Assembly (NCBI GenBank): GCA_947623505.1
Contig: CANQGT010000006.1
Span: forward strand, 27,994 to 91,993
DNA from: an uncultured Clostridia bacterium
GTDB taxonomy: Bacteria; Bacillota; Clostridia; Oscillospirales; Acutalibacteraceae
Length of the DNA: 64,000 nt
Direction of reading: 5' to 3'
The notes below the pieces were generated by a model that saw nothing but the letters and a program-made list of their open reading frames with translations, was not told the DNA's origin and searched no databases. Shown piece by piece: positions 45,687-54,929 of the stretch. How positions within the stretch are numbered: the first letter of the stretch is position 1; each line of letters starts with the position of its first letter. A program made the translations under genes and the position numbers.

Positions 45687-46482
45687 AATCAAAGGCATAT
45701 ATAAAACCTTCAATCCCGGCACCGTTAATGAAAAGCGCGCTTTAAACGGCATAGACCTCACTTTAAACGAGGGCGATTTCGTAACCGTTATTGGCGGAAA
45801 CGGCGCGGGAAAATCCACTATGCTCAATATGATTGCCGGCGTTTATCCCGTGGATTGCGGCTCTATCGTAATTGACGGCGAGGACGTTACAAAGCTTCCC
45901 GAATACAAGCGGGCGAAGTATCTCGGCAGGGTTTTTCAGGATCCCATGACCGGCACCGCCGCGAATATGCAGATAATTGAAAATCTTGCCCTTGCCGCGC
46001 GTCGCGGAAAAAGAAGAACTCTCAGGGCGGGCGTTACCAAAAAGGAAAAGGCGGAATATACCGAGCTTCTGAAGTCTCTCGATCTCGGCCTTGAGGATAG
46101 GCTCACCTCAAAGGTCGGCCTGCTTTCGGGCGGCCAGAGGCAGGCGATAACTCTGCTTATGGCAACGCTTAAAAAGCCGAAGCTGCTGCTGCTCGACGAG
46201 CATACCGCCGCGCTCGATCCCAAAACCGCGGCAAAGGTGCTTGAGCTTACCCGCGAGATAGTCGCCAAGGATAATCTTACCACGATTATGATAACCCACA
46301 ATATGAAGGACGCCATCGCGATAGGCAACAGGCTCATTATGATGAACGACGGCAGGATAATTTACGACGTGAGCGGCGAAGAAAAGAAAAAGCTCACCAC
46401 CAACGACCTGCTTGAAAAATTCAAAATCACCAGCGGAAGCGAGCTTGATAACGACAGAATCCTGCTTTCGTCAGAAGAATAA
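45679..46482 (+). CDS. ABC transporter ATP-binding protein
   Basis: GGNGAGKST, VFQDP, LSGGQRQ, LLLDEHTAALDP. Confidence 0.93.
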   Translation: MLEIKGIYKTFNPGTVNEKRALNGIDLTLNEGDFVTVIGGNGAGKSTMLNMIAGVYPVDCGSIVIDGEDVTKLPEYKRAKYLGRVFQDPMTGTAANMQIIENLALAARRGKRRTLRAGVTKKEKAEYTELLKSLDLGLEDRLTSKVGLLSGGQRQAITLLMATLKKPKLLLLDEHTAALDPKTAAKVLELTREIVAKDNLTTIMITHNMKDAIAIGNRLIMMNDGRIIYDVSGEEKKKLTTNDLLEKFKITSGSELDNDRILLSSEE

Positions 46483-46507
46483 CAAAATCTAAATATTTAA
46501 AATGTTT

Positions 46508-46588
46508 AAAAGCGGGGAGAATTTCTTTCCGCTTTTATAATAGAAAATAAAAAAGAGAAACGCATCGGCAAATCAGTCGATGCGTTTA
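46508..46588. terminator. Two hairpins terminating the convergent ABC and XRE transcripts
   Basis: aaaagcgg / ccgctttt and aaacgcatcg / cgatgcgttt, the latter with a T tract on the minus strand. Confidence 0.7.
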
Positions 46589-46664
46589 CTGCTTGGAATA
46601 TTCCGCTTTCTCTAAGCGTTAAGCAAAGCACTTTTTTAAAACGGCGTTTTCGGATTTTTGCCGG

Positions 46665-47390
46665 TCAGTCGTCGCCTCTCTCAGATAAGCGCCGCGTTCG
46701 CCTTACGGAGATGCAAAGCAGGTAGTACAGCGGGATCGTAAGAAATATTATCCAAGTGGGGTGCCATATGTAAAACAACATACCGAAGGTAAGGAAAATT
46801 GCCGTTACCAAAACAGGATACGCGAAAAGCAGCGAGTTTTTCGCTTTGAACGCGATTATGGCCGTTTCAATTATAGGAATAAGTAAAAACAGTATCCAGC
46901 CTATGCTCCAACCCCTCGGGAAAGCAAATCCGAAAAACAGATAAACTATAACCAAAACGATCGGAAACGCGGCGTGAAACATAGGATTTATGCTTACGAC
47001 GGCGTTTTTTATGTTTTTTATATCGTCCGACAGAAGGCTTTTCAAACTGCCGTTTTCGGTGTTCGGCATTTTTCCGACGCCGTATATGGTAGCGGCGTAA
47101 TCGGCCGCCGTGTCGGTTTTCTCTGCACTTTCGTCCAAATCCTCTTTCGGATTTGCGTTGCCGTTTTCATTTGGGCTCAAAGGAATATTTTCGCCGTTCA
47201 GCAGTTCATCTATCGTAACCCCATAAAGCTTTGCGAGAGCGATAAGATTATCCGTGTCGGGGCTGCTTTCCGAGCGTTCCCATTTTGATATAGCCTGTCG
47301 GGATACTCCTATCTTCTCAGCCAGCTCCTCCTGCGAATATCCGTTTGCCTTTCGGAATTCAAGAAGCCTGTTTGCCGTTTCAATATTCAT
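46665..47390 (-). CDS. XRE-family HTH regulator with C-terminal transmembrane helices
   Basis: YSQEELAEKIGVSRQAISKWERSESSPD; hydrophobic C-terminal third. Confidence 0.9.
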   Translation of the reverse strand: MNIETANRLLEFRKANGYSQEELAEKIGVSRQAISKWERSESSPDTDNLIALAKLYGVTIDELLNGENIPLSPNENGNANPKEDLDESAEKTDTAADYAATIYGVGKMPNTENGSLKSLLSDDIKNIKNAVVSINPMFHAAFPIVLVIVYLFFGFAFPRGWSIGWILFLLIPIIETAIIAFKAKNSLLFAYPVLVTAIFLTFGMLFYIWHPTWIIFLTIPLYYLLCISVRRTRRLSERGDD

Positions 47391-47478
47391 TTAATCACCT
47401 CGGAAATATTTTATCAGTTGCGCCGGAAAAAAGCCATAAACTCTGCTTTGCATAGCAAAAAATCTTTTTTGTGTCACG

Positions 47479-47493
47479 GCAACCGACGGTTGC
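47479..47493. promoter_or_regulatory. Probable XRE operator palindrome
   Basis: GCAACC-GAC-GGTTGC directly upstream of the XRE gene promoter region; no T tract follows. Confidence 0.5.
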
Positions 47494-47500
47494 GGCAATT

Positions 47501-48559
47501 TTATTCGGCTGAGAATCTGAATTCGGTAACGGTTTTAAATTCCTCGTTTGGCATAACATACTCAAACGGGAAACTGTCGGGGAAATTTACGCTGTCGGGG
47601 TAAAACTGCGTTTCAAGCGCGATCCCGCGTCTGAAAATGACCTTGCCGTTTTCCCTCTTGCCGGGGTTGCCCTCCTTTTCAAGCCAGCCGCCGCAGTAAA
47701 CCTGAATGCCGGGCAGGTCGGTATATACCTCCAGCTTTCTGCCGCTTTCTTCGTCAAAAAGCACCGCCGCTTTTGCGAATTCGCGTCCGCTTTTGTTGAG
47801 GCAATAGTTGTTGTCGTAGCCCACTCCGTCTATTACGGCGCGGAAAGGTTCGTCAATCCTGTCACCGATTTTATGCGCCTTTCTGAAATCCATCATTGTG
47901 CCCGCAACATCGCCGAGCTCTCCGGTGGGGAGCTGATCCGCGTCCGTTTCGGTAAAGCGGTCAGCGTCTATCATAAGATAATGGTTTTCGATCGTGGCGT
48001 CCGCCTTGCCGGTAAGATTGAAATATGCGTGGTTCGTGGGATTGGCAACGGTCTTTTTGTCGCTCAAAACCGAATATTCAAGCCTCAGAACGTTATCGTC
48101 GGTAAAGGTGTATTTAACGGTGAGCGTGAAATTGCCGGGGAAACCGTCCTCCCCGTCGGGCGAAAACTTTTTGAATGTAACGGAATTTTCGCCTGTTTCG
48201 GCAACATCCCATAGAGAAAAGCTGAAGCGTCCGCCGCCGTGCAGAGTCCACGAGCCCTGATTTTGCGGGGTATGGTATTCGGCGCCGTCTATCGAAAATT
48301 TCGCGTCTCTTATTCTGTTGGCGAATCTGCCCACCAAAAGCCCCTGATAGCCGAGGTCGGTGTTAAGATAATGCTTCGGCTCGTCAAAGCCGAGCACCAC
48401 ATCGGCAAGAACGCCGTTTTTATCGGGAACCTTGAGCGACTGCACTCCTCCGCCCAAAGTCATAAGAGAAACGCTCGCCCCGCGGGAGTTCGTTATTGTG
48501 TAAAGATCAACTTCCGCCCCGTCGGGCAATTTCCCGAAGGAAGTTTTTACAATGCTCAT
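47501..48559 (-). CDS. galM: Aldose 1-epimerase (mutarotase)
   Basis: GRFANRI, LHGG, GFPGN, NPTNHAYFNL, PGIQVY, ALETQ. Confidence 0.95.
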   Translation of the reverse strand: MSIVKTSFGKLPDGAEVDLYTITNSRGASVSLMTLGGGVQSLKVPDKNGVLADVVLGFDEPKHYLNTDLGYQGLLVGRFANRIRDAKFSIDGAEYHTPQNQGSWTLHGGGRFSFSLWDVAETGENSVTFKKFSPDGEDGFPGNFTLTVKYTFTDDNVLRLEYSVLSDKKTVANPTNHAYFNLTGKADATIENHYLMIDADRFTETDADQLPTGELGDVAGTMMDFRKAHKIGDRIDEPFRAVIDGVGYDNNYCLNKSGREFAKAAVLFDEESGRKLEVYTDLPGIQVYCGGWLEKEGNPGKRENGKVIFRRGIALETQFYPDSVNFPDSFPFEYVMPNEEFKTVTEFRFSAE

Positions 48560-48753
48560 AATGCCTGCTTACCTTTCATAAATTAAATAATGCTAAAGCG
48601 CGCGGAAGAATATCGGAGCTCCCGGCCGCCTTAATTCGAGTATAAACCGAAATGTAAACAAATTCAATAGATTATTGACATTTAAGCGTTTAGAATATAT
48701 TCTAAGAAAAGATAAAAATCAATTTATGCGAAGAAAGGAAATGAACGCCCGTT

Positions 48754-49503
48754 TTGGAAAATATAATTGCGATTTTAACCTCCGTTTTGCGGTACGTTTT
48801 CCCGATAGCGGCGATAATCGTCGCCTTTACCTGCGCTGTTTCACTTATCAGAAACAGGCCGAGAATCCACAAAATGGCTCAGTTGACCGATAAGAATAAC
48901 GGCTCGGTGATCGATATAAATCACTGGGAAACTTCCATAGGAAAATCAAAGGCAAACGACGTTGTGCTGCCGTTTCCCACCGTTTCGCGTTTTCATGCCG
49001 TTTTGGCGAAAAAGAGAAACGAGTGGATAATAACGGACACCTTTTCAAAAAACGGCGTTGTTATAAACGGGGAAAAAATAGACGGCAAGGCGGCTCTCAA
49101 CGACGGCGACGTTATTGAAATCGGCAGTATTCCGCTTGTTTTTCAGTGCGCCGAGGCGCTCACGAGCGAAACTAAAAAGCGGATAAGAAATCAGGCGGGA
49201 AGCTCAGCCAGGGTGGTTGCCTACGCCGTGCTTGTGGATATAAAAACGCACCGCCCCGTTTATCTTAAAAAGAGAGATGTGCTGATAGGCAGAGACGACG
49301 AATGCGATATTCAGATACTTTCAAACACCGTTTCGGGAAGGCACGCGAGGATTCACGAAACTTCAAGGGGCTGGGCGCTTTCCGATCTTGACAGTCACAA
49401 CGGCACAAAGCTAAACGGAAGATATATAAATCAGCCGCAGCTTATTTTTGACGAGGATATGCTCACCTTCGGCGACAGGGTGTTCGTATTCTATGAAAAG
49501 TGA
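48754..49503 (+). CDS. Membrane-anchored tandem FHA-domain protein
   Basis: N-terminal TM; FHA1 IGK...VSRFHA...SKNG; FHA2 IGR...VSGRHA...SHNGT; TTG start. Confidence 0.88.
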   Translation: MENIIAILTSVLRYVFPIAAIIVAFTCAVSLIRNRPRIHKMAQLTDKNNGSVIDINHWETSIGKSKANDVVLPFPTVSRFHAVLAKKRNEWIITDTFSKNGVVINGEKIDGKAALNDGDVIEIGSIPLVFQCAEALTSETKKRIRNQAGSSARVVAYAVLVDIKTHRPVYLKKRDVLIGRDDECDIQILSNTVSGRHARIHETSRGWALSDLDSHNGTKLNGRYINQPQLIFDEDMLTFGDRVFVFYEK

Positions 49504-49513
49504 GGCGAAAGCG

Positions 49514-50788
49514 ATGGATAAAACCGAAAAGAAAAGACTGCCTAAAATAAGGCCCATAAACAATTTCGCGATGCTGGCGTTTATATCCGTTTTTCAGGCG
49601 GTGACGGCGTTTGTCTCCGCAGGCTCATACGATTCCTTTGAATACGGCGTAATCACGGCCATGGGGCTTTTTATAGCAACGGAATGGGCGTATCTGATAA
49701 TATTTTACACGGCTCTCAACAGAAGAAATTTTGAGCTTGAGCTTATCGCGTTTTTCCTATGCGGAACGGGAATAGCGGTAGTCGGCTCCGTTTTGCCGGG
49801 CGCCGCTTTCAAGCAGTATATTATGATACTCGCGGGTATGATAGCATATATAGTCTTGGTTTTTATGCTCGGCAACGTCGATTTGTGTATGAAGCTCAGA
49901 CTGCCTACGGCCGTCTGCGCGATACTGCTTTTGATTGTAAATCTTATCATCGCGAAAACAAACAACGGCGCGCGCAACTGGATAACGATAGGGGGAGAAA
50001 ACGGAATAACCTTTCAACCCTCCGAATTTGTGAAAATCGCCTTTATTTTCGTAGGCGCGGCAACGCTTGAGAAAATACAGACGAGTAAAAACATCTTCGC
50101 TTTTATCGGCTTTTCCGTGGCCTGCGTCGGCACGCTTATACTGATAAAGGATTTCGGAACGGCGCTTGTGTTTTTCGTAACGTTTCTGATAATCGCTTTT
50201 ATGACTTCGGGCGATATAAAAACAATAATTCTCGCCGTGGCCTCGGCGGTTCTCGGCGCGGGCATAGTTTTGAAGTACAGGTCTTACGTTATGGCGCGTT
50301 TTTCCGTGTATAGGCATATATGGGAGACGGAATACTACAATTCGAGCGGCTATCAGCAAACGAGAACGCTTATCGGACTTGCCTCGGGCGGTCTGCTCGG
50401 TCTCGGGATAGGAAACGGAAACACAAGATATATCTTTGCCTCTACCACCGATTTGATTTTCGGCGTTATCTGCGAGGAATGGGGATTTATTTTCGGCGTG
50501 ATAATCGTGCTTATGTTTGTCGCAATCGCCGTTTCCGCTCTGATAAATTCAATAGCCTCGCGCTCAACCTTTTATTCGATAATCGCCGTGGCGGGAGCGG
50601 GAATGCTGTTGTTTCAGACGGCGCTCAATATTTTCGGAATAACCGATGTGCTGCCGCTTACGGGCGTTACGCTGCCGTTTGTGAGCCGGGGTGGCTCGTC
50701 GATGATATGCTGCTGGGCGGTTTTGGCCTTTATAAAAGCGTCGGACGTGCGCACCTATAATTATTTGGGAGGCGCGAAGAAGAAATGA
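49514..50788 (+). CDS. SEDS-family peptidoglycan glycosyltransferase (FtsW/RodA)
   Basis: GARNWI, FQPSEFVKI, KDFGTA, GYQ, TDLIFGVICEEWG, TGVTLPFVSRGGSS. Confidence 0.93.
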   Translation: MDKTEKKRLPKIRPINNFAMLAFISVFQAVTAFVSAGSYDSFEYGVITAMGLFIATEWAYLIIFYTALNRRNFELELIAFFLCGTGIAVVGSVLPGAAFKQYIMILAGMIAYIVLVFMLGNVDLCMKLRLPTAVCAILLLIVNLIIAKTNNGARNWITIGGENGITFQPSEFVKIAFIFVGAATLEKIQTSKNIFAFIGFSVACVGTLILIKDFGTALVFFVTFLIIAFMTSGDIKTIILAVASAVLGAGIVLKYRSYVMARFSVYRHIWETEYYNSSGYQQTRTLIGLASGGLLGLGIGNGNTRYIFASTTDLIFGVICEEWGFIFGVIIVLMFVAIAVSALINSIASRSTFYSIIAVAGAGMLLFQTALNIFGITDVLPLTGVTLPFVSRGGSSMICCWAVLAFIKASDVRTYNYLGGAKKK

Positions 50789-52188
50789 AAATGATAACAA
50801 AAAGAGGTATTTTCCTCTGGATATTATGCGCCTTGTTCCTTGCGGGAATTATATTTTTGACGGCGAGCCTCATAAAGGACGGCGACGTTTGGGTGATGAA
50901 ATCATATAATCACCACGTTTTTGAGGACGGCAAGCTGATAGCGGCAGGCAAAATAATCGACCGCGACGGCGTTGTGCTTGTTGAAACGAAGGACGGCGAG
51001 CGTGTTTACAATGAAAGCAGAAAAACGCGTATGGCCAATCTTCACCTTACGGGCGATATGCGCGGCTTTATTTCAACGGGCGTGCAGTCGGCGTTTGAAT
51101 CCGAACTCGTCGGCTACAATCTGCTTTCCGGCGTTTACGGAGTCGAGCGGAACGGTCAGGGCAACGACGTTAAGCTGACGGTCGATTCCGAAATAAATAA
51201 GGTCGCTTACGACGCGCTCAACGGTCATAAGGGCACGATAGCCGTTGTAAACTACAAAACGGGCGATATAGTATGTATGGTCTCCGCGCCCACTTACGAT
51301 GTGAACAACGTTCCGTCCGACATTCTTACCTCCGAGAAATACACCGGCGTGTATATGAACAGATTCCTTTCGGGGCTTTACACACCGGGCTCCACTTTTA
51401 AGCTTGTTACCGCGGTGAGCGCCATAGAAAATCTCGGAGCGGGCGTGGCGGACAGAAGTTGGCAGTGCGACAGGATATACGACGTTGACGGTGTTAAAGA
51501 GGACAATATAATATGCAATGCGCGCCACGGAAAAATATCTTTCAGAAAGGCGCTCGCAAAAAGCTGCAATTCGGCGTTCGGGCAGCTTGCGATAGAGCTT
51601 GGCGCCGATAAACTCATCTCAACCGTTGAAAAATTGGGCCTTACCTCATCGGTTTCCGTAAGCGGAAAGATAAATTCGCTTGCCGGCAGGTTTTATCTTG
51701 AGGAAAACGATGCGGACACAACCGTTGGCTGGACCGGGGTAGGTCAGGGCAAAACGCTTGTGAATCCGGCTTCTATGCTCAGATTCGTATGCGCCATAGC
51801 AAACGGAGGTTCCGCCGTTTCGTTCAATATTGTAAACGATTTTTCAAGCCGCGCCGGAAAAGATCTCGGCATATCGTTCAAGTCAAACGAAACTCAGCTT
51901 TTAAGCAGCGAAACGGCGGCGCTTATGAAAGAGCTTATGAGAAACAACGTCAAAACGCAGTACGGCGATTCAAATTACAGTGGGCTTAACCTTTGCGCCA
52001 AGTCCGGCACGGCGGAGATAGACAATGTGGAATCGCACAACACGGCATGGTTTATAGGATTTATGGACGATGAGGAGCATCCCTACGCCTTTGTTGTGAT
52101 AGCCGAGCACGGTAATTCGGGCTCCGGCACGGCGGGGCCGATGGCAAACAAGGTGCTTCAGGAGATAGTTAAGCAGGATAATCGGTAA
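50785..52188 (+). CDS. Class B penicillin-binding transpeptidase (PbpA-like)
   Basis: N-terminal TM; PGSTFK (SxxK), SCN (SxN), KSGT (KTG-like). Confidence 0.9.
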   Translation: MKMITKRGIFLWILCALFLAGIIFLTASLIKDGDVWVMKSYNHHVFEDGKLIAAGKIIDRDGVVLVETKDGERVYNESRKTRMANLHLTGDMRGFISTGVQSAFESELVGYNLLSGVYGVERNGQGNDVKLTVDSEINKVAYDALNGHKGTIAVVNYKTGDIVCMVSAPTYDVNNVPSDILTSEKYTGVYMNRFLSGLYTPGSTFKLVTAVSAIENLGAGVADRSWQCDRIYDVDGVKEDNIICNARHGKISFRKALAKSCNSAFGQLAIELGADKLISTVEKLGLTSSVSVSGKINSLAGRFYLEENDADTTVGWTGVGQGKTLVNPASMLRFVCAIANGGSAVSFNIVNDFSSRAGKDLGISFKSNETQLLSSETAALMKELMRNNVKTQYGDSNYSGLNLCAKSGTAEIDNVESHNTAWFIGFMDDEEHPYAFVVIAEHGNSGSGTAGPMANKVLQEIVKQDNR

Positions 52189-53456
52189 TGGAAGAAACGG
52201 ATTTAAAAGAAAACACGGAAAAAGCTCTGCTGATATCCGTAGATACCGGCGATTTTGACGCGGAAGCGTCCGTGCTTGAGCTTGAACAGCTTGCCGAAAG
52301 CGCCGGAGCGCAGGTAGTTTCGACTATGGTGCAAAAGCGCCCCTCTCCGTCCGTCTCATCTTTTGTGGGAGAGGGCAGGCTTAAAGAAATATGCGAATTT
52401 TGCGATAATAACGACGTCGATCTTATCATAGCCGATTCGGAACTTACGCCCGTTCAGGTTAAAAACATTGAGGATTCTTCGGGAGTAAGAACGATAGACA
52501 GAACGACTTTGATACTTGATATTTTCGCGAAAAGAGCGCGTTCCGCCGAAGGCAAAATACAGGTTGAGCTGGCGCAGCTGAAATATTCGCTGCCCCGTCT
52601 TGCCGGTATGGGAAAAAGCCTTTCAAGGCTCGGCGGAGGTATAGGAACGAGAGGCCCCGGCGAATCGAAGTTGGAAACGGACAGGCGGCACGTCCGCAGG
52701 CGGATAGAATATCTGAAAGAGAGCCTTGATAAGATAGAAAAGCGCAGGCGCGCAATGCATAAGCGCAGGGAAAAGAACCGCGTTTCGGCCGTGGCGATAG
52801 TGGGCTACACGAACGCGGGCAAATCCACCCTTATGAACAGGCTCACAAACGCGGGCGTGCTTGAGGAGGACAAGCTGTTCGCAACGCTTGATCCCACGGC
52901 GAGGCGGCTTGCTCTGCCGGACGGCAGGCGGGTTATGCTCGTGGATACTGTAGGTCTTGTCCGCCGTCTGCCGCATAAGCTCGTGGAGGCGTTTCGCTCA
53001 ACTTTGGACGAGGCGCTCTGGGCCGACGTGATACTGAACGTCTGTGACGCGTCAAGCGATGAATGCGCCGAGCACGTAAAGGTTACCAACGAGCTTCTTT
53101 CTTCCTTGGGCTGCGACGGAAAGCCCGTTATAAACGTGCTAAACAAATGCGATCTTGTGCCGGAGCTGCTTGATTTTCCGGTGATAGGAAAAACCGTGAG
53201 AATAAGCGCGGCGACCGGCTTCGGAATAGATGAACTGCTTAACGCGATAGCCGATTCTCTTCCGAAAACGCGAAGACGGGCGAAAATACTGATTCCGTAT
53301 ACCGACGGCAATATTTTAAACGGACTGAGAGAAAACGGAATAGTGGAAAAAGAGGAATACACCGACGAGGGCATATTCGTTGTTGCCGAAGCCGACGCGT
53401 CGTATCTTGATAAAATAGAAAAATTCATCTGCGAAAGTCCGACGGGCGATTATTGA
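52188..53456 (+). CDS. hflX: GTPase HflX
   Basis: LILDIFAKRA, GTRGPGESKLETDRR, GYTNAGKST, LFATLD, DTVG, NKCD. Confidence 0.97.
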   Translation: MEETDLKENTEKALLISVDTGDFDAEASVLELEQLAESAGAQVVSTMVQKRPSPSVSSFVGEGRLKEICEFCDNNDVDLIIADSELTPVQVKNIEDSSGVRTIDRTTLILDIFAKRARSAEGKIQVELAQLKYSLPRLAGMGKSLSRLGGGIGTRGPGESKLETDRRHVRRRIEYLKESLDKIEKRRRAMHKRREKNRVSAVAIVGYTNAGKSTLMNRLTNAGVLEEDKLFATLDPTARRLALPDGRRVMLVDTVGLVRRLPHKLVEAFRSTLDEALWADVILNVCDASSDECAEHVKVTNELLSSLGCDGKPVINVLNKCDLVPELLDFPVIGKTVRISAATGFGIDELLNAIADSLPKTRRRAKILIPYTDGNILNGLRENGIVEKEEYTDEGIFVVAEADASYLDKIEKFICESPTGDY

Positions 53457-53504
53457 GTTATATTTCAAACGGCGTTTTCATAATTATCATTATGAGGTGG
53501 TTTT

Positions 53505-53990
53505 ATGAAAATGCTTACTTTCAGGCTGAAGCCGAAAACAGTCTTCGGCCTGATACTTATTGTTACGGGGATTATTGTAATAGTCATTACTTTTGCCTCC
53601 AATCACGTGAAAAGCAGCGAAAACGTGATGAGCACGGTAACGCTTGAGACAAATGCGCAAAGGGAGGAATATCTCACGTCCCTCGGATGGGAATTTAACA
53701 CGGAATGCACCGAAAAGCAGGTGACGATACCATCGGAGTTCAACGACGTTTACACGAGATACAATGAGATACAAAAGTCTCAGGGCTTTGATTTGGAACC
53801 GTATAAGGGGCAGCAGGTGACCGTTTATACATACAACATAACGAATTACGAGGGATACGAAAACAGAGACTGCATATTCGCGAATCTTCTTGTGTTCAAC
53901 AATGTGCTCATAGGAGGCGACGTGTGCTCCACGTCTGTTTCAGACGGATTTATGCAGACGCTTAAAAACAGTAACGCCGCGGAAGCTTAA
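53505..53990 (+). CDS. DUF4830-like membrane-anchored protein
   Basis: N-terminal TM; YLTSLGW, VTIPSEFNDVYTRYNEIQKSQGFDL..YKG, IGGDV. Confidence 0.75.
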   Translation: MKMLTFRLKPKTVFGLILIVTGIIVIVITFASNHVKSSENVMSTVTLETNAQREEYLTSLGWEFNTECTEKQVTIPSEFNDVYTRYNEIQKSQGFDLEPYKGQQVTVYTYNITNYEGYENRDCIFANLLVFNNVLIGGDVCSTSVSDGFMQTLKNSNAAEA

Positions 53991-53991
53991 A

Positions 53992-54702
53992 ATGGAAAGA
54001 CTTGACAAAATTTTGGCAAAAGAACTGAATATATCAAGGAATGAGGCAAAAGCCGTTATCAGGCAGGGCAGAGTCCGTCTCAACGGTTCCGCCGACGTTT
54101 CGGCGGAAAGCAAAGCGGACTTCGGCGATGTCTTGACTTTTGACGGAAAGGAGCTTGCGCGCCGCGATTTTGTCTATATTATGATGAATAAGCCGAAGGG
54201 CGTTATCTCATCAACGGACGGGAAACGAAGCGGTGAGAAAACGGTTATCGATATTCTTCCGGAAGAAATGAAAAGAAAAAATCTTTTCCCCGCCGGCCGA
54301 CTGGACAGGGATACAACGGGCTTTATGCTGATAACCGACGACGGAGCGTTCGCCCACGATATACTCAGCCCCAAAAAGCATATTCCGAAAACGTATTCGG
54401 TAACGCTCGACAGACCGTTTACCGATGAAACCGTCCGCGATTTTGAAAACGGCGCGGAGCTCGGAAAGGAAAAATGCCTGCCCGCATCGCTTGAACCGCT
54501 TAACGGCGAAAAAACGAAGGCGCTCGTAACGATAAGGCAGGGAAAGTATCATCAGATAAAAAGAATGTTCAAAAAGCATTCGCTGGAGGTTCTTGAGCTT
54601 AAACGAATAAAAATGGGCGGTCTTGAGCTTGACGAAAGCCTTGCTCCCGGCGAGGCGAGATATTTAAAAGAGGACGAGCTTTCGCTGATAAAGCCGGATT
54701 GA
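53992..54702 (+). CDS. RsuA-family rRNA pseudouridine synthase
   Basis: S4 domain (RLDKIL), MNKPKG, GRLDRDTTG, GKYHQIKRMF. Confidence 0.93.
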   Translation: MERLDKILAKELNISRNEAKAVIRQGRVRLNGSADVSAESKADFGDVLTFDGKELARRDFVYIMMNKPKGVISSTDGKRSGEKTVIDILPEEMKRKNLFPAGRLDRDTTGFMLITDDGAFAHDILSPKKHIPKTYSVTLDRPFTDETVRDFENGAELGKEKCLPASLEPLNGEKTKALVTIRQGKYHQIKRMFKKHSLEVLELKRIKMGGLELDESLAPGEARYLKEDELSLIKPD

Positions 54703-54929
54703 CAATATTTTCTGCTCGGTTTGATTGTGTGACGGAGCAGGCGGCTACACAATATATTGTAGTTTTTTGCCTGTTTTTTACTCCTTTATGCAAGTTAAAC
54801 AAAAAAATAATAATAAAATTGTCAAAATGGTTGCAAATTGTTTATTTGTCTTGTATAATATCAACAAGAGAATTACGGGCGCTTTGTGCAGTTTTGAAGC
54901 CCCGATAATTTTGCTAAGGAGGAATTCTC

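Noticed and set aside
54747-54762. NrdR-box-like palindrome ACACAATATATTGTAG
   Set aside because: It is a single copy (NrdR boxes are normally paired), no ribonucleotide reductase gene is nearby, and it falls inside a caggc...gcctg hairpin with a T tract that is better explained as the terminator of the pseudouridine synthase gene.
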